20,000 nucleotides of DNA from an uncultured virus (IMG/VR IMGVR_UViG_3300025132_000002) (Duplodnaviria; Heunggongvirae; Uroviricota; Caudoviricetes), in the IMG/VR virus record IMGVR_UViG_3300025132_000002; one strand, given 5' to 3'. Of the stretch, positions 1 through 7,238 are shown in pieces. The number at the start of each line of letters is the position of its first letter. The stretch's first letter is position 1. The position numbers were made by a program, and so were the translations under genes. A model generated the notes under the pieces. It was not told the origin of the DNA and did not search any database. It was given only the letters and a program-made list of their open reading frames with translations.

Positions 1-2571
1 GACTTAAAAGATATTGACAGAGCGTTAGACGCTACGTCAGATATTGCTGTAAACCCTGAAGTTGTGTCTGTGCCAATGCCCAGAGCTATCATTGATATCC
101 TAGACTACACTCAGACAGATTACTTAGACACTACAACAGTAACGGTAGAAACGTTAACGCTGCTGCACACATTATTTAATGCAGGCCGTAAAGTTGACAA
201 CGCCGAAGAAGCTACTAAAGCTCTTATTCTGGGCATACAAAACGCTTACACAGCCGGAAGCGCCGCAGAATCATTAGAGCGTGGCCGCACGGCTATGCAC
301 CGAGCTTTGCCTATCTTAGCGGCTCACACAAAAGCCAGCGCGGTTATAAACGATATCGGTGATACTGGCTTGTCTTTAAGCGCTAAAGACTATAAATATT
401 GGCAAGCTTACGTAAACGGTCATACCGTTCCTTATGAATGGCGTACTACACGGCTTCAAGAGCTTATAGACCTTACCGGCGACTCGGTTATGTTCCGCGC
501 TATGGATGTTATGGGCGAACAACGGTTCATGCCCGAGCAGGCATTCACGGTTATGAACAGGGCCATAAACAGCGCTAAGGATAAGGCAGCATTCTTACAA
601 AAAGCTCCCGACACCAAAGAAGTTATCAACAAAGAGTACATAAAAAACATAGTCACAAAGACTATGGCTATTAGAGTGTACGGCGCGTTTTTCTTCCGCT
701 CGCGCTTTGGTATTGACTCTTTGTATGAAGGTACTTCTAACGCCATGCAGATTGGCGGTATGACGCCAGCATCCTTGTACTTAATACGGCAGTTTAGTCA
801 AGTACCTACTATGTTCCCCGGCGTTATTCAAGCGTCTCACTTTACCAATAGAATGGCTACGTGGTCGACAAAACTACTGGATCCCGGCGGTCCTTTAGAT
901 GGAGTGCCCGACATAGTTAGAACTATAGCAAAGGGTGTTGCTGATAACTCATCTCCAGAAGATGTACAAAGCTTCTTCCAGAAGATCGGAGACGCCGCAG
1001 CAAATAAGTTTGGGGAGTTTATCGGGGCCGGTCGCTGGCAGATGGACGTAAATAAAATGCTTGCGGGGTCTGATGAAATCGTAACACTGCCCGATGGCAG
1101 TATGTACACATACAAAACCCTAAGAGATATGGCTGTTGCAGAAGGAGTCCCTGGGGGCTCTATGCAGGCTAACTTCTTCGCGTCTAACATAAAGTCAAGG
1201 CTTACTGGATTTAGCGGTACCGCTGAAGCAGAAACGTATTTAGCCAAAACTCGCGGCTTATTAGGCGAAGAAGCTAGAAGTCTCACCGGTCTGGTAGAAA
1301 ACTACGCTAAAAGTTTAGGTGAACGCGAACGGCTTAGTATGTTCGCGGCGTTTATTGCTTCTGGCTACAAGCCTGTAGAAGCTTCTGAAATGGTTAGAAG
1401 ATCGCTGTTTGATTACCAACAAACTTTGTCTGAGTTTGATTACGGCCTGATGACCAGAATCATGCTGCCGTACTGGTCATTCCATAAGAACAACTCTCGT
1501 CTACAGCTAGACTCTATGCTCGACCCCATGACAGCGTACCGGGCGGGTATTGTTAGAAAAGGGCCTCAGTCCGCACTTGTTTTACTACAAGAAAGCGTTA
1601 ATGACTTTTACATAGATGACTTGGGCGTTCAGGTCAATATGCTGGATGAAGATCGTCAGATTGTGTATGAAGAATACAAAAAAGCTATTCTTACTGACTT
1701 AGGGCAAACTAGATTTACCGAAGAACAAAAGTCTGTTATGCGGTCTATTCTGCTGGGCATTAGCGCCGGGTATAAGGATAAGGGTAAGGAGTTTGGTACA
1801 GGCGCGGCTCTACTAAAGATAAACTACATTAAAGATGTGATTGGTGTGAGTGACGCCATGCAGGTTAATCCTTATGTGCAGGGTTACGTTAAGCCCTATC
1901 AGCAAGGCCGCCCTGTATTCTTCTTCCCTTCAGACCTTAAAGACCCTGATACAAACTTCAGAAAACAGGTAAACGCTCCGGCTTTATTTAACTATCTGGC
2001 TTTGCCTGAGTCTGGACAAGCTGCATTTGCTTCGCACATACTTGCATTGGGCACCGCTTCGGCTTCATTAGCCTTAGCTGGAACAAGTGATCTTACGACT
2101 TCCGATGCACTGCTTAAAAACATTCCAGAAGCATTAGAAACTACGCTCTCTCCTGAGTTTAACCCCGTAGCAAACCTAGCCTTAAAAACAGTTGGAGCGA
2201 CTACCAGAAGTGGGCAGGGCTCTATTAGAATATCCAGCGATGTCCATAAGTTGTTTCAGAATGTAGGCTGGGATGTTTCTTTTGAGGTTCCTGAGAAGAT
2301 AGTAGCAGGAAAAGTTGTTAGCCCTAAAAGGTACTATGCAAGTGCTTGGGCCGGGGCGTTAATAAATCTTGTTCCTACTGCTGCTCAGGGCTCTAAAGAA
2401 CTAGAGGTATTAGAGGCCGAAGGTGTGGGAGTTTCTGGAGATCCGGTGTTTGACCTCTCCCTAAACACCGCAAAACTGTTTGGCTTACAAATAGAGCGCG
2501 GAGACCCCGAAGCTGTTATGCGGCAGGTACAGCCGTCTGATACAATCAGAACCTATCGCCCCCAGAACTAA
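1..2571 (+). CDS. Large internal virion/ejection-type protein, C-terminal part (5'-truncated)
   Basis: Frame is open from base 1 with no stop before the track's GTG at 64, so the start is likely outside the window. The segment VRRSLFDYQQTLSEFD...RIMLPYWSFHKN resembles the FDY...PF/PY motif I recall from large phage internal virion proteins. Function is inferred. Confidence 0.55.
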   Translation, partial: DLKDIDRALDATSDIAVNPEVVSVPMPRAIIDILDYTQTDYLDTTTVTVETLTLLHTLFNAGRKVDNAEEATKALILGIQNAYTAGSAAESLERGRTAMHRALPILAAHTKASAVINDIGDTGLSLSAKDYKYWQAYVNGHTVPYEWRTTRLQELIDLTGDSVMFRAMDVMGEQRFMPEQAFTVMNRAINSAKDKAAFLQKAPDTKEVINKEYIKNIVTKTMAIRVYGAFFFRSRFGIDSLYEGTSNAMQIGGMTPASLYLIRQFSQVPTMFPGVIQASHFTNRMATWSTKLLDPGGPLDGVPDIVRTIAKGVADNSSPEDVQSFFQKIGDAAANKFGEFIGAGRWQMDVNKMLAGSDEIVTLPDGSMYTYKTLRDMAVAEGVPGGSMQANFFASNIKSRLTGFSGTAEAETYLAKTRGLLGEEARSLTGLVENYAKSLGERERLSMFAAFIASGYKPVEASEMVRRSLFDYQQTLSEFDYGLMTRIMLPYWSFHKNNSRLQLDSMLDPMTAYRAGIVRKGPQSALVLLQESVNDFYIDDLGVQVNMLDEDRQIVYEEYKKAILTDLGQTRFTEEQKSVMRSILLGISAGYKDKGKEFGTGAALLKINYIKDVIGVSDAMQVNPYVQGYVKPYQQGRPVFFFPSDLKDPDTNFRKQVNAPALFNYLALPESGQAAFASHILALGTASASLALAGTSDLTTSDALLKNIPEALETTLSPEFNPVANLALKTVGATTRSGQGSIRISSDVHKLFQNVGWDVSFEVPEKIVAGKVVSPKRYYASAWAGALINLVPTAAQGSKELEVLEAEGVGVSGDPVFDLSLNTAKLFGLQIERGDPEAVMRQVQPSDTIRTYRPQN

Positions 2572-2594
2572 GCGGCTAAACAATAGGATTAATC

Positions 2595-3065
2595 ATGTAC
2601 GAAGGTTGGTCACACACAGGTTTTGCTTACGCTTCGGCAGTAAGTTTGTCTGGTTCTGAGGCAACGGCGGAGCTTTTGCCTAATGGTGGTGTTGGGGCAG
2701 GCGGCTTTTCACGCACAGTATTTAAGCTTGCTTACATTACCGTGGATCTCAGTTCTATTGCTAACGCTCCGGCTGAAGTTGAAGTGTCCCTTACCTGGGA
2801 TGCTGGCGGTGACCACTTTATCACCGACGCTCCGTTAGTGGGAACCATACAGATTGGTAAGACTACGGCAACAGATGGTACGGCTGTTATCAATATCCCT
2901 AATGCCTACAACCTTGCTCACCCGCCTAAAGGTATTTACACCAACGCAACCACAGATAAAGCGGATAAAATCATAAAGGTGTGGGCACGGATTAAGCTGA
3001 ACGGTGGGTCTTCTCCGACCGCCACAGCAAACATTAGAGCCGGTTTCTACCATGGGGGCCTGTGA
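2595..3065 (+). CDS. Putative virion structural protein (beta-rich, 156 aa), paralog of next gene
   Basis: ATG preceded by TAGGA; A/G/T/S-rich with alternating hydrophobic pattern; ungapped similarity to 3065-3451. Confidence 0.6.
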   Translation: MYEGWSHTGFAYASAVSLSGSEATAELLPNGGVGAGGFSRTVFKLAYITVDLSSIANAPAEVEVSLTWDAGGDHFITDAPLVGTIQIGKTTATDGTAVINIPNAYNLAHPPKGIYTNATTDKADKIIKVWARIKLNGGSSPTATANIRAGFYHGGL

Positions 3066-3451
3066 TGACTAACTATTCCGAAGCACGGTTTACATTAGCG
3101 CGCACAAGCCGATCTGCCACTGATTCATTTAGTTCGCATGACTTGCAGCGGGTAGATAAAGATATTCACATTGAAAACTTAGACTTTAGGTTTTCTGCTA
3201 CGGCTAATGGTGCCACTTCGATTAGCTGGTACCTTTCGTTAGACGCTAACGGTGAGTACGCTATCACCCCAGTTAATACCGCTCAGGCTATCCAGACGGG
3301 TAAGTCGGGTTCGGTCAAGGTTGCTTCCGCCGCAGTAGCGCGATCTGTAGGCAATGACGTTAGAGCCAATACCTTGTATCTTCAGATCAAAGTAGAGCAG
3401 TCATCAGGCACCGCTACCTTTGATGTATTCTGCACGGGCGTGAGACTCTAA
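3065..3451 (+). CDS. Putative virion structural protein (beta-rich, 128 aa), paralog of previous gene
   Basis: ATG at 3065 overlaps upstream TGA (alternative GTG at 3062); stop overlaps next ATG (TAATG). Confidence 0.6.
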   Translation: MTNYSEARFTLARTSRSATDSFSSHDLQRVDKDIHIENLDFRFSATANGATSISWYLSLDANGEYAITPVNTAQAIQTGKSGSVKVASAAVARSVGNDVRANTLYLQIKVEQSSGTATFDVFCTGVRL

Positions 3452-4527
3452 TGAAAAAGTTAGGACCATTCGTAATAAATACTATCTGGAATCCAGCACA
3501 AAGCGTCACTGAGCCGTCTTTGTCCGTTTCAGGTAGGGCTAATGGTTCTGTCACAACCGTTTCTGCTGGAGCTAGATCGCTTAGCATAACGGTTGCCGCA
3601 GGTGCCACACTTGCGACTACGGTTAAAGATTCTTCCGGTACCGTAAGCGTTACCAACTCAACTGCTACAAATCCTTCGTGGACAGCCCCTAGCGGCAGCA
3701 CAACGGGCAACGCTACCCAGATTACCGTCATAGCTACAAAAGACGGCGTTTCTTCTGAAGTGTCTTTTACGGAGCTGATTTCAGGTAGTGGCGGCGCTGG
3801 TAGCTACGTAACACTGAAAGATTTAAACTTGACGGACTTAACTACCGTCAGCGCCATTACATCCGGCTCCAGCACCCTTCAGTTTGAAAGTAGTGACAAC
3901 ACCCTGGCTATGACCGTTACACGCTTCTCGGGTGCCAACGGGGACGTCACCCCTACAAATGGTCAGGGTATTTTAATGAATGGTGGCACGGGCAGTGGCA
4001 CCGTTACCGCTTCGTTTGACATAGACGCCCTACTGTCTAGCTACACTAGAGCTGATGTAAGTCAGCATGTTTATGCTGTGCATCTTGTTGTTACAAATGT
4101 GGTCTATCCAAACAGCGGCAACAGCGATATCTTTACCGGCTTAAATAAAGGTAACAATACCACACATAACGGAGGAGAAGCACGAGGCTTCTTTATTACC
4201 GATGATGGTGGTAATGGCGACGAAGAGACCCGCGTACGCAGTAACACGAGCAATAGCTCTATCCTGTCTACGACTACGATTAAGACCAGCCGGGTGTTTA
4301 CTTACATACTGCTCGGCGGCGCTGTCGTAGAAGTAATGGACACCAGCGGAACGACACCACCTACCCCAGCTCCCGGTGGGGGCTCAACCATTACTGTCGG
4401 TGGCGATTCAGTAGGCTTAAACGATACTACACCTATTTATCAAGGTGATGGGTTAAACATGTATTTTGGTGCGGGAGATAAAACAACCGCAAAACTAACC
4501 CGTATACTTGTGCAGAGGTTCCAATGA
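3451..4527 (+). CDS. Putative tail fibre/receptor-binding or decoration protein with N-terminal Ig/PKD-like domain
   Basis: 358 aa, very S/T/G-rich; VSVTNSTATNPSWTAPS...QITVIATKDG resembles PKD/Ig-like domains; GSGGAGS linker then a beta-rich C-terminal domain. Confidence 0.55.
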   Translation: MKKLGPFVINTIWNPAQSVTEPSLSVSGRANGSVTTVSAGARSLSITVAAGATLATTVKDSSGTVSVTNSTATNPSWTAPSGSTTGNATQITVIATKDGVSSEVSFTELISGSGGAGSYVTLKDLNLTDLTTVSAITSGSSTLQFESSDNTLAMTVTRFSGANGDVTPTNGQGILMNGGTGSGTVTASFDIDALLSSYTRADVSQHVYAVHLVVTNVVYPNSGNSDIFTGLNKGNNTTHNGGEARGFFITDDGGNGDEETRVRSNTSNSSILSTTTIKTSRVFTYILLGGAVVEVMDTSGTTPPTPAPGGGSTITVGGDSVGLNDTTPIYQGDGLNMYFGAGDKTTAKLTRILVQRFQ

Positions 4528-4808
4528 GCGATACTCTTAGATTAGTCGAGATTGCTTATACTGATTCGGGCGCTATCATAGCGCACACAGAAAGCTATAT
4601 CGAAGAAGCTATTGCCGATATGGAAACTATCACAGCACAAGCTAAAGAAGTCGCCGTTGTTGCTATGAATAAAACGCCAGAACAGGTAGCTGCGGTCAAA
4701 GCCGACATTAAAGAAAGAATTGATAACGGTAGCACCACACCTGTGTTAGCCTCTCACCTAGACCAACTGGGCCTGCGAAACGCTGTGCTTCAGTGGGCAT
4801 CCACCTGA
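4524..4808 (+). CDS. Hypothetical protein (94 aa), possibly a fibre-associated chaperone
   Basis: ATGA overlap with the fibre-like gene; function guessed from position only. Confidence 0.55.
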   Translation: MSDTLRLVEIAYTDSGAIIAHTESYIEEAIADMETITAQAKEVAVVAMNKTPEQVAAVKADIKERIDNGSTTPVLASHLDQLGLRNAVLQWAST

Positions 4809-4814
4809 TATACT
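4806..4814 (+). promoter_or_regulatory. Candidate extended -10 promoter (TGaTATACT)
   Basis: TGn plus 5/6 match to TATAAT at the start of a 35-bp intergenic gap, upstream of the TAGGAG RBS of the gene at 4844; no good -35. Confidence 0.35.
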
Positions 4815-4843
4815 CTACCTTACCGTAACTTAGGAGTCAAATC

Positions 4844-5107
4844 ATGTCCAAGCCGATTAAACCCATCGAAGTCGCATCCGGTCTTATCAAGTCCGCTTTT
4901 ACCACTGGCGCTGCTGCCGATACCAACATTCCTATTACCGGCATTAAGAAGGGCGATCACCTGATCATAGTTCTTGAATCTGCTGTCACGTCTGCCCTTC
5001 TGACTGACCGCACCGCTCAGACAACGATTACAGCAGATGGGGTTATTCAGATTAGCGTCACTACCGCTAGCGACAAGATCCTTGTCTTCTGGCAGCCGCT
5101 TCGATGA
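4844..5107 (+). CDS. Small beta-rich protein (87 aa), possible head fibre/decoration protein
   Basis: Strong RBS TAGGAG; T/I/A-rich (ITGIKKGDHLIIV...ITADGVIQI). Function inferred. Confidence 0.55.
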   Translation: MSKPIKPIEVASGLIKSAFTTGAAADTNIPITGIKKGDHLIIVLESAVTSALLTDRTAQTTITADGVIQISVTTASDKILVFWQPLR

Positions 5108-5604
5108 ATATAGCTGAAATCCTCAATGAGTGGCCAGAAGCGTCTAAGTTACTGGCCGTCGTTGGCACCCCATATTGTTGGGGTGCGGGCGATCTAGTCA
5201 ATGTTAAAGACATTAAGCCTTCTGTGTCCTCTACCTTTCCAAAGGGTAGTAAGGGTGGAAAAGGGCTAGATTGCTCAGGATTAGCTCAGTGGGCGTTGTG
5301 GATAATGGGCATTGTGAAGGCTGACGCCTGGAATGACCTGTCTGCCGATGCTTTGGCTTACGCCTGTGATGGCGTTAGTGACGCTGACGCTGCTGTTCCC
5401 GGCGATCTGTACTTTTACAAAAACGCCGGAGCGTCTAAGATTCATCATGTAACAGTCGCATTAGGTGGGGGTTTATGCCTTCATGCTAGTGGCGGCAGTA
5501 GTACGAATGGTGATGACCCTACCCGTTCTGTTCAAGTAGTCCATTACCGCAGAGCAGGCACGTTCTTAACTTGCGGTAGGCTGAAGGATAAGTTTCGCCA
5601 ATGA
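5104..5604 (+). CDS. NlpC/P60 family cysteine peptidase (probable endolysin)
   Basis: Motifs GTPYCWG, GLDCSGL (catalytic Cys), PGDLYFY, HVTVALG (His) and LHAS (third triad residue); no signal peptide; ATGA overlaps at both ends. Confidence 0.92.
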   Translation: MNIAEILNEWPEASKLLAVVGTPYCWGAGDLVNVKDIKPSVSSTFPKGSKGGKGLDCSGLAQWALWIMGIVKADAWNDLSADALAYACDGVSDADAAVPGDLYFYKNAGASKIHHVTVALGGGLCLHASGGSSTNGDDPTRSVQVVHYRRAGTFLTCGRLKDKFRQ

Positions 5605-5843
5605 GTAACAAAGCACTAAAAAGACTTGTCGTTCTTTTTATACAAAAGGATGTCAATGTTGAACTGCTGGCCACAGAAATAGACAACCTTATCAAATGGC
5701 GTAATGTTTCTTGGCTGCCTCCATTTATGGCTAAATGGTTAGAGCGTAACGATGACGGCTTAATTGGCGAGATAGCGGTGTTGCTGGTAGAGGTACGGCA
5801 AGAGTTGCTAAACAGGGGCGCGTTAATTTTAACGGAGCCCTAG
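5601..5843 (+). CDS. Hypothetical protein (80 aa) in lysis region
   Basis: ATGA coupling to the NlpC/P60 gene; no recognisable motif. Confidence 0.6.
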   Translation: MSNKALKRLVVLFIQKDVNVELLATEIDNLIKWRNVSWLPPFMAKWLERNDDGLIGEIAVLLVEVRQELLNRGALILTEP

Positions 5844-5875
5844 TATAGTCGACCGCAATAAAAGGCGTTTAAAAT

Positions 5876-6229
5876 ATGTTCGACGACGGTGAAATACCCA
5901 GAATGGGGGTAGGGGAAGGCGCCGGAATATCTGTAGCAATGGCAGTCTTAATCTGGACTGTGGCTAAGATAAAAACTGTTTTTGAGGCAGCTAAAAATAT
6001 AGCAGAAGTAATAACTACTATATTTAGATTTATGCTCAGGATTGTTACGTTTCTAAATGAATGGGAGCAGAGAGCTAAGTTACTGGCAGAACACGAAGAA
6101 AAGTTAGCCTACTTGGGTGAGCTGCTAGACTTAGATTTTGAGCAAACAGTAAACGACCCTCAAACCAGCACAGACTTGACTCCAGATGAAATAGCTTTAA
6201 TACGTCTATTTAGAGCAGAAAAAATCTAG
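5876..6229 (+). CDS. Putative single-pass membrane protein, holin candidate (117 aa)
   Basis: Hydrophobic stretch GAGISVAMAVLIWTVA followed by amphipathic/coiled-coil region; two genes after the lysin. Confidence 0.45.
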   Translation: MFDDGEIPRMGVGEGAGISVAMAVLIWTVAKIKTVFEAAKNIAEVITTIFRFMLRIVTFLNEWEQRAKLLAEHEEKLAYLGELLDLDFEQTVNDPQTSTDLTPDEIALIRLFRAEKI

Positions 6230-6237
6230 GGGATAAC

Positions 6238-6390
6238 ATGAAAGCGTCTCAACTAAACCAAAAAGAGCTAAGAGTTCTCAGAGACTTTAGAAAAGTCAGA
6301 AGAGAGCAACAGTTAAGGTGTAAGTTATACAACGCCGCTAAATACACCCCTAATGTTGTTGCAAGTGCTAAGAATCAATATGCAAAATAA
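6238..6390 (+). CDS. Small basic protein (50 aa), not in ORF track
   Basis: MKASQLNQKELRVLRDFRKVRREQQLRCKLYNAAKYTPNVVASAKNQYAK; GGGGA just upstream; fills the gap, and its TAA overlaps the next ATG (TAATG). Confidence 0.65.
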   Translation: MKASQLNQKELRVLRDFRKVRREQQLRCKLYNAAKYTPNVVASAKNQYAK

Positions 6391-6707
6391 TGAACCGCTA
6401 CAAGCTAAAAGCTGGGCACGAAACCCGGCAAGATGGATTAATTAGTCTGTACTCGGGGTTAGAAGTAGCACCGGGCTTAAAGCCCGGCTTTTTTGTTACT
6501 ACCGGGGACAGAAAGCTGCTTAATAGAAAGCAGTTCAAAAAGTTTGACGACACTATTAGATTTGGCGACGAGACAGAAGCTTTTATATTACTTACTTCAA
6601 ACGACTACAAATACTTTTGGCGCCGTCTAGCGGTTCAGATAAACCGCTGCTTTCCTAAACAGCGGGCGGTACAGCTTTTTATGGAAGCCTGGGCAGAAAC
6701 TCTGTAG
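6390..6707 (+). CDS. Hypothetical protein (105 aa)
   Basis: TAATG coupling upstream; stop abuts the stop of the convergent gene; contains a terminator-like hairpin. Confidence 0.55.
   Translation: MNRYKLKAGHETRQDGLISLYSGLEVAPGLKPGFFVTTGDRKLLNRKQFKKFDDTIRFGDETEAFILLTSNDYKYFWRRLAVQINRCFPKQRAVQLFMEAWAETL
6471..6494 (+). terminator. Intrinsic terminator-like hairpin inside ORF 6390-6707
   Basis: CCGGGCT-TAA-AGCCCGG perfect 7-bp stem followed by C-TTTTTT. Confidence 0.55.
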
Positions 6708-7238
6708 TCAGCTTTTGTGCAGCTTGCGTCTAAGCCATATTAGCCAGCCCAGTACAAACGTATACAGCTTTTTGTCTGCGGACAAACAATAGGCTAGCAT
6801 ATCATCTTCTTCTTCCTCTAGATATTGTAAGGCTTTATCCCAGCCCACAGTAAGCTTCGTGCCGTATTTAACTTCTCCCATGAGTAGCCGCCCCACCACA
6901 GCCGATTTGATGGATGGCGGCAAGGGAAAACTGCGTAACGATTGCTTGACAGTAAGTCCTTCATGGTAACAGCCGGGATCTTCGGGCCGCTTCAGGTTTG
7001 CGGCCTTCTCTAAGCAACACAGCAAGTCATAAAGATTAGTATACGCACCCCTAACTTCATGGTAGCTGTGACCTTCAGGGCTATCATACGTCGCTTCAGC
7101 GTTATCCCATAGATAGTTAGTAGTGCCGGACACTTCAATCTTCCAGCCAGAATACTGGTACTCTTTCCAGATTATCTGCTCTTTCAGATTTAAGCCTTCG
7201 TTAACTTCGTAAGGTTCAAGCCAGTGTGACTTAGGCAT
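6708..7238 (-). CDS. Protein with C-terminal MazG-like/all-alpha NTP pyrophosphatase-type motif (176 aa)
   Basis: RLLMGEVKYGTKL...ALQYLEEEEDDMLAY matches an R-x3-G-x2-KYG-x2-L...EE-x2-D-x3-Y pattern; ATG at 7238 with GAGG RBS overlaps the upstream stop. Confidence 0.5.
   Translation of the reverse strand: MPKSHWLEPYEVNEGLNLKEQIIWKEYQYSGWKIEVSGTTNYLWDNAEATYDSPEGHSYHEVRGAYTNLYDLLCCLEKAANLKRPEDPGCYHEGLTVKQSLRSFPLPPSIKSAVVGRLLMGEVKYGTKLTVGWDKALQYLEEEEDDMLAYCLSADKKLYTFVLGWLIWLRRKLHKS

Noticed and set aside
5821..5834. Palindrome CGTTAA-TT-TTAACG before the holin candidate
   Set aside because: Single 6-bp-arm inverted repeat within a coding region; no second copy noticed; expected by chance.
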